A stretch of 64,000 nucleotides of DNA from a virus (Duplodnaviria; Caudoviricetes), in IMG/VR virus record IMGVR_UViG_3300013800_000006, positions 11,926 to 75,925 of that record. One strand, given 5' to 3'. Shown here in pieces: positions 1 to 10,708 of the stretch. Numbering within the stretch: the stretch's first letter is position 1; each line of letters begins with the position of its first letter. Below the pieces are notes generated by a model, which was not told the DNA's origin, ran no database searches, and saw only the letters and a list, made by a program, of their open reading frames with translations. The position numbers were made by a program, and so were the translations under genes.

Positions 1-220
1 TATTGAACAACCCACTACCTAAAGATTCTTTATTTTTGACAAATAGCTTTCGCCATTGTCCAGAGTTTCCAGCAATACGTTGTGCTTGAGAAACAACTGG
101 AAATACATTAGCACTTACATTATCTACAATCTGAATGGTTCCCATCTCACCACCATTCAGATTTGTATCATTTACCGTAACCGAACGAAGGTTTACAATA
201 TCAGTTCTTTGAACAGGCAT
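1..220 (-). CDS. Putative tail protein, partial (runs off window start)
   Basis: Not in the ORF track. ATG at 220 gives MPVQRTDIVNLRSVTVNDTNLNGGEMGTIQIVDNVSANVFPVVSQAQRIAG, open to position 1, directly after the post-TMP gene. Confidence 0.55.
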   Translation of the reverse strand, partial: MPVQRTDIVNLRSVTVNDTNLNGGEMGTIQIVDNVSANVFPVVSQAQRIAGNSGQWRKLFVKNKESLGSGLFN

Positions 221-225
221 TTTGA

Positions 226-603
226 TTACACCGAGAAAAGTTTAATGGAACCAATGAACCAGGCGCCGTACTCAGCACCATCAATTAAAGGTCGTAAATC
301 TAAAGCTGGAGGATCTTGATGTTTGAACATAACTTGGAAAGATTCTAAACCATGAAAATCAAAATCATACACTTCACCAGGGACATCAGCCATTTCTTTT
401 AATATGGGTACTAAATCGGCTGCAATCCAACCTTGATCTTCATTAGCTTGTAATGTAACAGGTCGGCCAACTAATTTAGATTGAACAAATACTCGCTGAC
501 CACACCCTATAGTCAAAATAACAGATTGAAGAACTTGATTGGATTGATGGCGGTCAGGCCATAACAAGTCATACCCTAATGGTACTCCACCTAATTTAAC
601 CAT
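226..603 (-). CDS. Putative tail/distal tail protein
   Basis: 125 aa, immediately downstream of the tape measure gene; assignment by position. Confidence 0.5.
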   Translation of the reverse strand: MVKLGGVPLGYDLLWPDRHQSNQVLQSVILTIGCGQRVFVQSKLVGRPVTLQANEDQGWIAADLVPILKEMADVPGEVYDFDFHGLESFQVMFKHQDPPALDLRPLIDGAEYGAWFIGSIKLFSV

Positions 604-604
604 G

Positions 605-3600
605 TTACCGCTCCAATTGTTTTGCAGCGGCCACTAAAGTTTTTATTTCATCTCGTGGAGATTTCATATTAACAACCTTATTTCCAATATGTAAACGAAC
701 ATCCACAAGTCCACTGGAGTCCACACTACCCGTATTTAGATTAGGAGTCAAGTATTGATTCATTCCAGCTAACGCCAAATTCGGGAAACCTTCAATAGCT
801 CCACCAAATGCTCTAAATTGCAGTAATCCAGAATTAAGTGAATTTAAAAACTGTAAGCCATATCGTTCTACCATCGATTTACGAACGACATACTCACCCG
901 GAGTTAGCATAGCAGGAACAGTATCTTCATTACCTGAACCGGGAACGATAGAACCTCGTAGTTTGCTCAAAATGGTAGAACCACCAGTAGCAAACCGACG
1001 AATTTGTGCTAATCCGCCTCGTGCAAACGCTTGTAAAACTTCAACTAATCCACCTTTATTATAACCACCTAATTTGTTCATAGATTGATTATGATTCACT
1101 AGATTAGTAATCACATCAATATTGACAGTCTTTTTATCATAACCCACTAACTGTTTAAGATAATCAATCGTTTGAGTTACTGCGGAATCTTCAGTTTTAA
1201 CGGGCACAGTAGTAGGTGTAGTACTCAATAATGATTTAAGTTCTTCAACTTTAGAATAAGCTGTATTTAATGAACTAAAATCAAATTGAACCGGAGTGCC
1301 ATCAAGACTATTAGCAAAATCCGTAATCTTCTGTTTAAACTGATCTAATACACTAGAATCAATATGAACTCCTGCTGTCGCATCTGTTTGAAATTGAGTG
1401 ACTTGATCTTGTAAATCTTTAAGTTTTGTTTCTACATCCGGGTTGATATAAAAACCAAACTCTTGTTTACGTACATCAGCAAGATGGTTTTGAAACTCTG
1501 TGAGTTTATCCGAAACAGTCGTCAGGGTTTGTTCAGCTCCAACTGAAATGACTGGTACATCCGCAGCAGATTTTTTAGTTGTATCATACTGTTTAAAAGC
1601 TTCAGTAAGCGCCATAATTCCATTAGTGGTTTTATTAAAGTTGCCAATATCGACTATATCCGTTAAAGGTCCTTTATTACTAAGATCATCACGAGTCTTA
1701 ACCAATTGATCCAATTGAGCTTGAATTTGAGATCCACCCAAACCTTTACCAAAATTGTCAAACACTTTACCAGACTGTTGACGTACATCATTCAATGTAC
1801 TAATTACATTGGAAATAGATTCTTGATTGACTTTGAGTGTCAATTGGTTGTTATTAGTGGATGCCAACAACCCATCTATATAATTGCTTACCGTGTCCAT
1901 CCGCTGTAATTGATCTGGAGTAAATAAATCAATTTTAGCGGCATTGGCTTTATCTTGTAATGCACTCAAATTCGCCAACTCTTTTTGGACATTTTGCAGT
2001 GCAGCAACATCGGTTTGTAGATTTAATGGAGCAACATCTGTTTTGACTTCAACAGTTGGTAACTCCTTACTAGACTCCGCAATTTGTTGGACAGTTGTAC
2101 CAAAATCAGGTTGTTGCACTGTAGTAGGAATCGTGACCGGTTCAATCGTATTTTGCATGGCCGATTGAATTGCCGGTCCCGCTTGTTGCACTTCTTTTAC
2201 AATTGTATCTGCATTAGTTTGTAATGAAACATCAATTGTTTTAATAGGCTGCTCCGCAACTGATTTAACATCTTTAATATCGGATGTTGTTATTTGTGCG
2301 GCATCACCTGTCCGTTTCAACGCATCGGTTACTTGATCTGACGAGCCAGTAAGTTCTTTAAGAGCAGGAGCCACTTCTTCTAAAACTTTACGGGTCTCAA
2401 CTAATGCTTGAGTAGGTGCTTGACCTTTAGTACCGGATACACCAATTCTCAAATCCCGTAGAGGATCTGCTTTTGCCGCAATTTCAGTCAGTTTAACTCC
2501 AACAGTGTTAAAAGAATTAACCATCCCATCAATTTTAGTCGTATCTAAATTACCTAAAATCTCTCGCATCTTAGTTAATCGATCTATATCAACCTCTAAA
2601 ACGTCCCCCACGCTTTTATCAATAAGTACACCACCTTTAGAATCAATACTTAAAGAATCACGAGCTTTACGAACTTTATCTAATTCATCATAAAATTGTT
2701 TTGGAATAGAAAGATCGGCTTTGGAATAAGTATCCATCAACTCATTAAGTCCTTTTTCATAACCGGAAAGAGCTTGAGTAATTGCTTCAAGCTGCTTTTG
2801 ACCGTCACTTCCATCTTTAGTCACGTCTTTTAATGTAGTACCAACAGTAACACCTTCGGGTAACTGGTTAGTACTAATTGAATTAGTAAGTTTACTTAAT
2901 TCTGTATAAGCAGCTTTTAACTGATTAACAGAATCCAATTGTTTTTGTGCACTCTCAGCATCTTGCTTATTACGTGATGATTGATCTCGTGCTTTTTCAA
3001 GTCCAATTTGCTGATTTTGGATCTTTTCCATATCCGCCAATGCTTGATCTGTATTTAAACCAATTGACAAAGGCTTTTCAAACATCCGATCCAATTCTAA
3101 TTTCTTTTCAGCAATTGCCGAAAGCTTGGCAATTGCGTTGCCATCATCAAATTTAAGATCAATACTTTTGGCATTATCTTTTTGTAACTGGATTAAACTA
3201 GTTGCTAAATCTTTCAAATCTTTTTCAACATTTGAAAGATCATTTGAAAATCCAGCTAACATATCTTCAAGACCTTTAGCAGTCTTTTCTAAAGTTGTTT
3301 GTTGGGCATCACCTGCTAATTTCAGCCGGTCACTAACATTCCCCATGCCTTTTTCAACAGTATTCAAACTATCTGTTACAAACTGTTTAGATTGTTGATC
3401 CCAAGGTTCTAGTGACAAGCCTTCAATTTTAGACATAGCTTGCTCATAAAGAGCTTTTGCTTTATCTAAATTGCCAGCCGTAGACTCTAAAGACGCTTGA
3501 TCCGTAAGTTGCTGAATTTGTAATTTCTGTTTGGCTAACTTTTGAGCATCATTCAATCCAGAATTTTCAAGCTCATCCCGTTTAGCATTAGCACGAGAAA

Positions 3601-6600
3601 TAAAAGATTGCTTATCTTCTTCAATCTTTTTAATTTTATCAGCATTTGATTTATAAAGTTCTTTTACCCTATCCAGTGCTGACTGAACGGATTGGATACC
3701 TTTCAAATCCAAATCACGTCGTTTTGTTGCAAATTCTTGCTCCACTTTAATTCTATCGGCTGATCCAATTTTATATAAAGGTAGGATAGAATTGTAATGA
3801 GCAGCAATTTCAGTTTTCTCTTTATTCAGACCCGAAGTAATAATTTTAGTTTTTTCATTCTCCAATCTAACTTTCGAGTCAAATAGTTTTTGATCAAATG
3901 TAATCGAGTACTGTAAAAAGACTCCAGTCTCCTTCTTTGCATCCGCTACAAAGTACCGAATTGCATCAGACCCATATTTGACCGCACCATTAATAGAAGT
4001 ATTAAATCCTGAGTATTCAGCTTCTAATCGGACTGGAATCGTATAAACATTTTCAGTTACACTAGATGTTGCTCTAGTCAAATCATCAATTTGCCGTTCT
4101 AAGCTATTATGATAATAACTATACATCTGACTAGCAGTATCATTAGCAATTTTCTTTTGCTCACCTTGATATGAAGCAAATGTTGTAAATACATCTTTAT
4201 TGACGGCTTTAACGTTTTTACCCCAACCTATCGCAGCACCCGATAATGTAGAAAATGTAGAATCTCCCAAGGCCGCCGTTGTGCTATAAGTTGCTTTAAT
4301 TTGGGTCAGTGCAAATTCAGTTTGTTGTTGAATTGCTGAAATGCCCACATCCATTTTGGCTTTAGAAGCATTTGCAATTAAATCTCGATACTTGATAAAT
4401 GCATCCGCATTATCCTTATAAATCTGCATGACCTTTTTCAAATCTTCCATACGAGTGGTCAATTCACTGACTTGAGTATCAGATGTTTTTATCATCTGTG
4501 CAACAAGGCGCTGCATTGCAGAGAATTGATTACTCAGAGTTACTTCTGCGGAAACTTTATTTGCTTCCGTTTTAACTTGCTCCATCGTAGATTGTAGCGA
4601 TTCGCGTACTTTAGCCAGTAACGCCGATTTATCAGCGGAATTTAAAGTAAAAATGCCTTGCATGAAGCTAGGCATCCAACCGCGTAACCAATAAGGTGTA
4701 TTAGCTTGATCCAAATCCTTTTCAATCTGCTTCATAACCGAATCAGTATCCACTACACCATGGGCTACTTTTATAGACGCAATGGCATCCGTAATAATAG
4801 AACTAACAGTCTTGCTAAATATAGCTGCTTTTTGTTTTATCGATTCAGTTTTAGCAAAAGAATTTTGGAGTTCACTATCTAACGTTTCAATTAAAGTTGA
4901 AAAATCAAATTTAGTAGGTACTACATTAAAAATAGAACTCTCAACTTTTTGCAAGTTTTCTCTAGCCTGTTGTATAGCATCCTCATCATTGCTGTTCTTA
5001 GCAACATCAAGAGCTGCTTCCGCAGCAACATACATTTGTTTCAATTGAAGCAATTGAGCATAATAAGCTTGAGTGTCCGACAATTCTTTTTGACTACTAG
5101 CTCTACTTGTATAGCTAGTATCTTGAACCACTCGCAAATGTTCCCGAAGCTTATTAATAAACTTTTCTTCAGCCGCAATCGCAGCGTCTTTATTCGCATA
5201 CGTTGCAACTGCATTATTTAATACGGATACTGACTGAGCTAAATCATTAGCCACAGTCTTACTAGACAACATTTCTGTAGAAAATGTTGTCAAAACTTGT
5301 CCAGTTTCCGCAGTAATAACCTTTAATCCAGTAACTTGCCCAGTTAATGTGTCAAATGTCTTTTCAAGATTTAATCCTTTTTTAACTTGATCAGAGGATT
5401 CATTATAACGAGTAACAACCTCATCCAATAACTTTTTAAATTTAGTAGTTTGTTCTTGAACACTCGACAAATTTAAAAGTTTACTTGTATCTAATTTAAC
5501 ATTCTGGTTATTAATCGCTTGCAAACTTACACCAACAGTTGCAATCTTTTTACCCAAATTTTCAAATTCTTTAGTACTATTAACCGCAATAGCTGCTTGA
5601 CGATCTAATTCAGCATTTACTGTGGTCATATTTTGCACTAAATAGAAAGTAACTCCTGCTAAAGTCGTTAATGCCGTAATAAACAAACCTATTGGAGTCG
5701 TAACCAGTGCTAAAGATAAAGCACGAAGTACAGCCACAAATCCAGCCAAACCACTACCCGCTTTAACCGCAGCCGCCCACGTTTCAGCTTGAGAAATAGC
5801 TAAAGCTTGACCTGATAAAGCGGCTGCAATCTGTGCATCTCTAACAACTAATAAAGCAGATGCAGTTTTAGTCAATACAACCCATAATGTTTGTAGAATA
5901 GCTCCAAATTTAGCAGCCGGAACGAGCATCATGGACCATGCTAATGCAACCGTACCAATACCCAGTACCAATACGGCAAAGCCTGCTACCAAATTATCAA
6001 TAATAGGTGTTAATGGTCCTAAAGCTTCACGAATTACTAAGATTTTACTAACAAAAGCAGTGGCGATTTCCACAACAGGTTTAAGGGCCATACTTAAACT
6101 ATGGCCGATTGACTCCCCTAATACCCCTAAGCTGTTACTTAGAATTTGCATCCGTCCCGCAAATGTCTTTTCCATCATTGCAGCTAAACGAGCTGTAGAT
6201 CCTTCCGCACCACTTAAATCAGATTCTAATTCTTTTAATTTATCAGAACCAATTTGCAATAGCGCGGCCATACCAGGACCGGCACGCTGACCAAACAGTT
6301 CTAATACTTCATTAGTTTGAACACCAGCTTCTTCAAACTGTTGTAACAAACTCACAAAACCAACAAACTTACCTTTAGAATCAGTAATTTGTAATCCAGC
6401 ACCACCAATTCGGCGACTGAGTTCTTCCATGACTCGTGATTCTTCTTTAGTGGGATTCAATAACGCCTGGAATGAACCACGTAAGGCTGTACCCGCTAAA
6501 CTACCTCTTAAACCGGCATTGTGAAGTAAAGCAACGGCTGCCGCAGTATCTGTAATATCATTTTGCATTGTACCAGCAATGGAACCTACGTATTTAAACG

Positions 6601-9600
6601 AAGTTCCCATATCTTCCAGCGTTGCCGTTGTGCGAATAGCCGCCATCGACAAAATATCAGATGCTTTTCCAACATCTTCTACAGCTAGTCTCTGACTAGA
6701 CATCAACTGTACAACAGTATTAGTCGCGGAACCTAAATTGGTTTCGGCGGCGGTTGCAAGTTGTAGTACAGTGGGTAAAGCTGTTATCTGTTGTTCAACA
6801 TCATAACCAGCTAATGCAAGTTGTTTAAAGCCATCTGCTGCTTGTTCAGCACCATAACGAGTTGTACTACCAATCGTTTCTGTCGTTTTTCCAAGATTTT
6901 CAATAGAAGCTTCAGTTTCTCCTGTAGCTCCTCTAATAAACGTTAAAGTATCTTCTAATTTACTAAATGCTTCTAATCCTTTTTGAAACGGCTCAATCAT
7001 AGCTTGCCCTAACATCTGCAAGCCCATCGTCATCATTTCCATATTTCTCATGCTGCCGACTAGATCATTTTCTAGTTTACGGACAGCCGAAGCAACTAAA
7101 TCAGTTTTGTTTTGAACTTCTCCCAAACTACCCGCTAGTTTGGAAGCATTCTGATTTAGCATTAAAGTAAATAAGGATCTTAACCCTTTAGATAAAAACG
7201 CGGCTTTATCATCTGCTTCATGCATAGATGAAGCAATATCACCATAACCTTTTAAAACAGTAGAGCTTGGAGAAGATCTATTAATAGTTTCCCGAAGTGT
7301 TGCTGACGCTTCCCGTGTGCGTTCTAATTCAATCCTTAAACTTTCTGCTCGATTACGAGCAGCTTCCAAAGATGCTGTATTAATAGAAAAACCCGCTTGA
7401 GCGGCGGACTCAGCTAAGTGTATAGACTTGGTAATTTCAATATATGACCTAGATAACTCATCTGCTTTAATTCGCAAATCATCCATGAAAGATTGTAATA
7501 CTTCACGAGGCTTAGTTTCAAAATTGGTTCGCATCAAACCAATCTGAGTACCCGCCTTAATCAAATCATCTACTAAGGTTCGTATTGCAAAATCAAATGA
7601 AGTTCCAAAATTAGAGGTAGCACTAGCAGTACCTTGTAATGACTTTTCAGCTTGTTGGATTGCTTCATTTAACCGAATAACAGGTGCTACTGCGGTTTCT
7701 AATTCTTTTACTTTAGTACCAAGAGTTTCAACAGTGGCCGGAATGTTTTTAACATCTTGACCTAGTAAATTAAATGCTTCATCAGCAGCTTTAGCCGCTT
7801 GTTGAAGTTGTGTAAGATCACCACCTGTTCCAACAGTCCTAATTGCAGTTTGCATAGCCGAATCCAAACGATTCCGTGCATTAGCAACTTCCGCAATTAA
7901 AGATTGACGTTCCGCAATTAACCGACTGGTTTCCGTTTTAATTTCTTTTAGAGTATCGGAACTAACACCCGATTGACCCAAACGAGACAAAGATTGTTCA
8001 GAACTTTGAACCGCAGCATTTAACTGTGTAAACTGGTTTTTTAATTCTTGTAATCGACCGGTTTGCTGCAACAAAATATCAAGAGAAGCACCACCTTTTT
8101 GCAATCCAACATTAATAGCCGCAGTCTGTTCCGTAACTTGTTTGCGTACTGCCTCTAATGCTGAAAGATTTACTGGACTAGAACTCATTCTCCGTTCAGC
8201 TTCAATCACCGATTGAATAGCGTCATAAACAGATTGTAAGTTCTTTTTATAATCACTATAAACATTTTGTAGTGAAGAAAAATCAGTTGCCGCAGTCGCA
8301 GCTTGTTTAAAAGCACCTGAGATTTTTATAATCTCAGCTTCATACTGTTTGGCAGCTTCTATCCCACTGGTCGGAATTTGAGCTGACCCAATAGATTCAG
8401 CTAATCGACGGTATTCTGTATCAACCAATTTTGCACTAGATGCAAACCCAATTAAATTATTCTTAGAATCCGATACACTTTGCTTTAATCGATTTAATCC
8501 ATCAATTAAATCTTGTAATGAATTTACTTTAATATCACTGACACTAATTCCTTTTAATTGCTTAGGTAATTCAGCGCCAGTCCGGGCTAAATCCGAAAAC
8601 TTTTTAATAGCAGAATCAATAATTTTACTATTTCTATTTAATACTTCATCAAAAATATCGAACTCTTTTACAATCGTAGCAACAGATGTATTAACCGAAG
8701 ATGTAGATTTAATAAAACGGTCTTGGGCATCAAGTGCTTCTTGAAATCCGGTTTGTACAGATGTTACCCAAGTTTTGTAAATAATAGATTGATTAGATAC
8801 TTCTTTTCCATTACGGATAATAGTATCCGTCAAATCGTTTAGCTTAGTAACAGTCTCCTGCCAACTTTGAACAGCTTGAGTTTGAGATTTACTAACTTTT
8901 CCAGTTGCAGACGCTGCATCTAAATTTGCTTTTTCAACAGAATAGATGGTATTAACATAATCCTGAACGATTTTTATTAAAGATGAAAAATCGCTAAATG
9001 ATTCTTTTACTCCATTAATAGAAACAGTTGCAATATTCCCTTTGACTGTAGTAACAAACTTTGTATAAATTTTAGTAAGATCGTTAACTAATTTAATAGG
9101 ATCTTTAAGCCCATTTAACAAATGGGATAAGCTTGTCGCGATGGGATTAGTTAATTTAGATTCGCCTAACGATAAAATACCAGATCGAACGCGAACCAGT
9201 CCATCAACCACTAATTTTTCAAATGTCTCAGTCGCTTTAGCAGTTTGTACTAACGAAGCATCGATATGATCCGTTCTAATCTTGGCAATTTCAGAGTTTA
9301 GATTTTGAAATTGTCTGGATAATTGTAATACACGAGATTGAGCAGCACTGAGTTCCAAACTCAGTTGAGAACCAAAAACTTGACTGCCATCTTCTCGTTT
9401 TGAAAGGTCATATAACCCTTTCAACTTTAATGTAAGCTGTTCTAGTGATTGTTCTAATAATTTAGCAGTGGTTTCAGTTTTAGAAAAGCCACCAAAAGTT
9501 TCAGGCTGTTTCCCAGCCGTTGCAAATACATTATTTAAACCTTGTACAGCAACAGCCAATCGATTAACTTTTGTTGTTTCCGATACTAACGCTGTATCAA

Positions 9601-10708
9601 TTTCTTTAAGACTGGTCTCAGCACTTCGTAGAACTTGTAGTTCTTGCCCAAGTCTATTAACTGCTGTGATTTGACCCGTGAGTGAATTAGTACCATCTAT
9701 CAAATATTTATCAACAATTTCCAATACTTTTTGCAAAGTATATAAATTGTTTACAGATTCACGAGTTCCAGAATTAAAAAGTTTTCCAAACGACGAACTA
9801 TCAGTGGTCAGTCTTTCAAAAATTGGCGCAAGATGATTTAAACCTTTTAATAATGAATCTAAAGCAGCCGTATCGCTACCAAAAGCTTGCTTTAATGAAG
9901 TTTCCCACTGTGTTGTATCATAGGTTAATAATTTAACAACTCGACCAATTGCCGCAAATGATTCTTCGATAACTCCTAATCGATCTTGTTGTAAATCTTT
10001 TAACTCTAATGGCTGTATTGTGATCTTAGCATATTGACTAGCACTTTTAAAAATATCAGTCACAATACTAGTCAATTGGCGTTGCGCGTTTTCTGCCCTT
10101 AACTCAGTAAACGGAACAACAATTGCATCATTAATTGCATCTTTAAAAGGCTGCTTGCGACGACTGACAGCAGCCTTAGCCGCTTCCAATACCGCACCAA
10201 TTTGGGCATCAATAATCGCCGGATCAAGACCATTAATAATGCTATCTTTAACATTTCGCAATGCAGCAACAAGTGTATCAAATACAGGTACTGATTTACC
10301 TCTAGAAGCAGTTGCTAGTGTTGATCCAACTTCAAGTAACGCTTTATCGATAACTTCTACATTAAGAATAGTAGTTTGAGATGCATCCGATAACGATTTA
10401 GCGTACTGCTGTGTCCAATTGCTAATACCATTTTGCAATTGGACAAAATAGTCTTTAATTTCCGGGGTAGATTTTCCAACTTGTCCAGCTAAATTGGAAA
10501 TACTTTTGGCAGCAAGATTGGCTTGCTCAATCAGTTTATCACCGCCAATTCCGGCTTCTACTGATTTTCGCAAGCCATCTAAAACCTTCTGAATCGAGCT
10601 AGCAACTGCTGCGAATGCAGAACTAGTACTAGAAAGATTAGTAGCTTGAGCACTAAGATTGATTAAGACATCAACGACTGTTTGTTTTACATCAGCCATT
10701 ATCTCCAA
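605..10708 (-). CDS. Tail tape measure protein (TP901-type core), 3367 aa
   Basis: Ala/Leu/Gln-rich helical giant ORF after the tail chaperones. TP901-like core (GSTTRYGAEQAADGFKQLALAGY...LHNAGLRGSLAGTALR), central hydrophobic stretch, and C-terminal FATGG...DTVPAMLTPGEYVV motif. Confidence 0.93.
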   Translation of the reverse strand: MEIMADVKQTVVDVLINLSAQATNLSSTSSAFAAVASSIQKVLDGLRKSVEAGIGGDKLIEQANLAAKSISNLAGQVGKSTPEIKDYFVQLQNGISNWTQQYAKSLSDASQTTILNVEVIDKALLEVGSTLATASRGKSVPVFDTLVAALRNVKDSIINGLDPAIIDAQIGAVLEAAKAAVSRRKQPFKDAINDAIVVPFTELRAENAQRQLTSIVTDIFKSASQYAKITIQPLELKDLQQDRLGVIEESFAAIGRVVKLLTYDTTQWETSLKQAFGSDTAALDSLLKGLNHLAPIFERLTTDSSSFGKLFNSGTRESVNNLYTLQKVLEIVDKYLIDGTNSLTGQITAVNRLGQELQVLRSAETSLKEIDTALVSETTKVNRLAVAVQGLNNVFATAGKQPETFGGFSKTETTAKLLEQSLEQLTLKLKGLYDLSKREDGSQVFGSQLSLELSAAQSRVLQLSRQFQNLNSEIAKIRTDHIDASLVQTAKATETFEKLVVDGLVRVRSGILSLGESKLTNPIATSLSHLLNGLKDPIKLVNDLTKIYTKFVTTVKGNIATVSINGVKESFSDFSSLIKIVQDYVNTIYSVEKANLDAASATGKVSKSQTQAVQSWQETVTKLNDLTDTIIRNGKEVSNQSIIYKTWVTSVQTGFQEALDAQDRFIKSTSSVNTSVATIVKEFDIFDEVLNRNSKIIDSAIKKFSDLARTGAELPKQLKGISVSDIKVNSLQDLIDGLNRLKQSVSDSKNNLIGFASSAKLVDTEYRRLAESIGSAQIPTSGIEAAKQYEAEIIKISGAFKQAATAATDFSSLQNVYSDYKKNLQSVYDAIQSVIEAERRMSSSPVNLSALEAVRKQVTEQTAAINVGLQKGGASLDILLQQTGRLQELKNQFTQLNAAVQSSEQSLSRLGQSGVSSDTLKEIKTETSRLIAERQSLIAEVANARNRLDSAMQTAIRTVGTGGDLTQLQQAAKAADEAFNLLGQDVKNIPATVETLGTKVKELETAVAPVIRLNEAIQQAEKSLQGTASATSNFGTSFDFAIRTLVDDLIKAGTQIGLMRTNFETKPREVLQSFMDDLRIKADELSRSYIEITKSIHLAESAAQAGFSINTASLEAARNRAESLRIELERTREASATLRETINRSSPSSTVLKGYGDIASSMHEADDKAAFLSKGLRSLFTLMLNQNASKLAGSLGEVQNKTDLVASAVRKLENDLVGSMRNMEMMTMGLQMLGQAMIEPFQKGLEAFSKLEDTLTFIRGATGETEASIENLGKTTETIGSTTRYGAEQAADGFKQLALAGYDVEQQITALPTVLQLATAAETNLGSATNTVVQLMSSQRLAVEDVGKASDILSMAAIRTTATLEDMGTSFKYVGSIAGTMQNDITDTAAAVALLHNAGLRGSLAGTALRGSFQALLNPTKEESRVMEELSRRIGGAGLQITDSKGKFVGFVSLLQQFEEAGVQTNEVLELFGQRAGPGMAALLQIGSDKLKELESDLSGAEGSTARLAAMMEKTFAGRMQILSNSLGVLGESIGHSLSMALKPVVEIATAFVSKILVIREALGPLTPIIDNLVAGFAVLVLGIGTVALAWSMMLVPAAKFGAILQTLWVVLTKTASALLVVRDAQIAAALSGQALAISQAETWAAAVKAGSGLAGFVAVLRALSLALVTTPIGLFITALTTLAGVTFYLVQNMTTVNAELDRQAAIAVNSTKEFENLGKKIATVGVSLQAINNQNVKLDTSKLLNLSSVQEQTTKFKKLLDEVVTRYNESSDQVKKGLNLEKTFDTLTGQVTGLKVITAETGQVLTTFSTEMLSSKTVANDLAQSVSVLNNAVATYANKDAAIAAEEKFINKLREHLRVVQDTSYTSRASSQKELSDTQAYYAQLLQLKQMYVAAEAALDVAKNSNDEDAIQQARENLQKVESSIFNVVPTKFDFSTLIETLDSELQNSFAKTESIKQKAAIFSKTVSSIITDAIASIKVAHGVVDTDSVMKQIEKDLDQANTPYWLRGWMPSFMQGIFTLNSADKSALLAKVRESLQSTMEQVKTEANKVSAEVTLSNQFSAMQRLVAQMIKTSDTQVSELTTRMEDLKKVMQIYKDNADAFIKYRDLIANASKAKMDVGISAIQQQTEFALTQIKATYSTTAALGDSTFSTLSGAAIGWGKNVKAVNKDVFTTFASYQGEQKKIANDTASQMYSYYHNSLERQIDDLTRATSSVTENVYTIPVRLEAEYSGFNTSINGAVKYGSDAIRYFVADAKKETGVFLQYSITFDQKLFDSKVRLENEKTKIITSGLNKEKTEIAAHYNSILPLYKIGSADRIKVEQEFATKRRDLDLKGIQSVQSALDRVKELYKSNADKIKKIEEDKQSFISRANAKRDELENSGLNDAQKLAKQKLQIQQLTDQASLESTAGNLDKAKALYEQAMSKIEGLSLEPWDQQSKQFVTDSLNTVEKGMGNVSDRLKLAGDAQQTTLEKTAKGLEDMLAGFSNDLSNVEKDLKDLATSLIQLQKDNAKSIDLKFDDGNAIAKLSAIAEKKLELDRMFEKPLSIGLNTDQALADMEKIQNQQIGLEKARDQSSRNKQDAESAQKQLDSVNQLKAAYTELSKLTNSISTNQLPEGVTVGTTLKDVTKDGSDGQKQLEAITQALSGYEKGLNELMDTYSKADLSIPKQFYDELDKVRKARDSLSIDSKGGVLIDKSVGDVLEVDIDRLTKMREILGNLDTTKIDGMVNSFNTVGVKLTEIAAKADPLRDLRIGVSGTKGQAPTQALVETRKVLEEVAPALKELTGSSDQVTDALKRTGDAAQITTSDIKDVKSVAEQPIKTIDVSLQTNADTIVKEVQQAGPAIQSAMQNTIEPVTIPTTVQQPDFGTTVQQIAESSKELPTVEVKTDVAPLNLQTDVAALQNVQKELANLSALQDKANAAKIDLFTPDQLQRMDTVSNYIDGLLASTNNNQLTLKVNQESISNVISTLNDVRQQSGKVFDNFGKGLGGSQIQAQLDQLVKTRDDLSNKGPLTDIVDIGNFNKTTNGIMALTEAFKQYDTTKKSAADVPVISVGAEQTLTTVSDKLTEFQNHLADVRKQEFGFYINPDVETKLKDLQDQVTQFQTDATAGVHIDSSVLDQFKQKITDFANSLDGTPVQFDFSSLNTAYSKVEELKSLLSTTPTTVPVKTEDSAVTQTIDYLKQLVGYDKKTVNIDVITNLVNHNQSMNKLGGYNKGGLVEVLQAFARGGLAQIRRFATGGSTILSKLRGSIVPGSGNEDTVPAMLTPGEYVVRKSMVERYGLQFLNSLNSGLLQFRAFGGAIEGFPNLALAGMNQYLTPNLNTGSVDSSGLVDVRLHIGNKVVNMKSPRDEIKTLVAAAKQLER

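Noticed and set aside
1500-10379. Numerous plus-strand ORFs inside the tape measure gene
   Set aside because: They are antisense shadows of a long coding frame, with no RBS or recognisable motifs.
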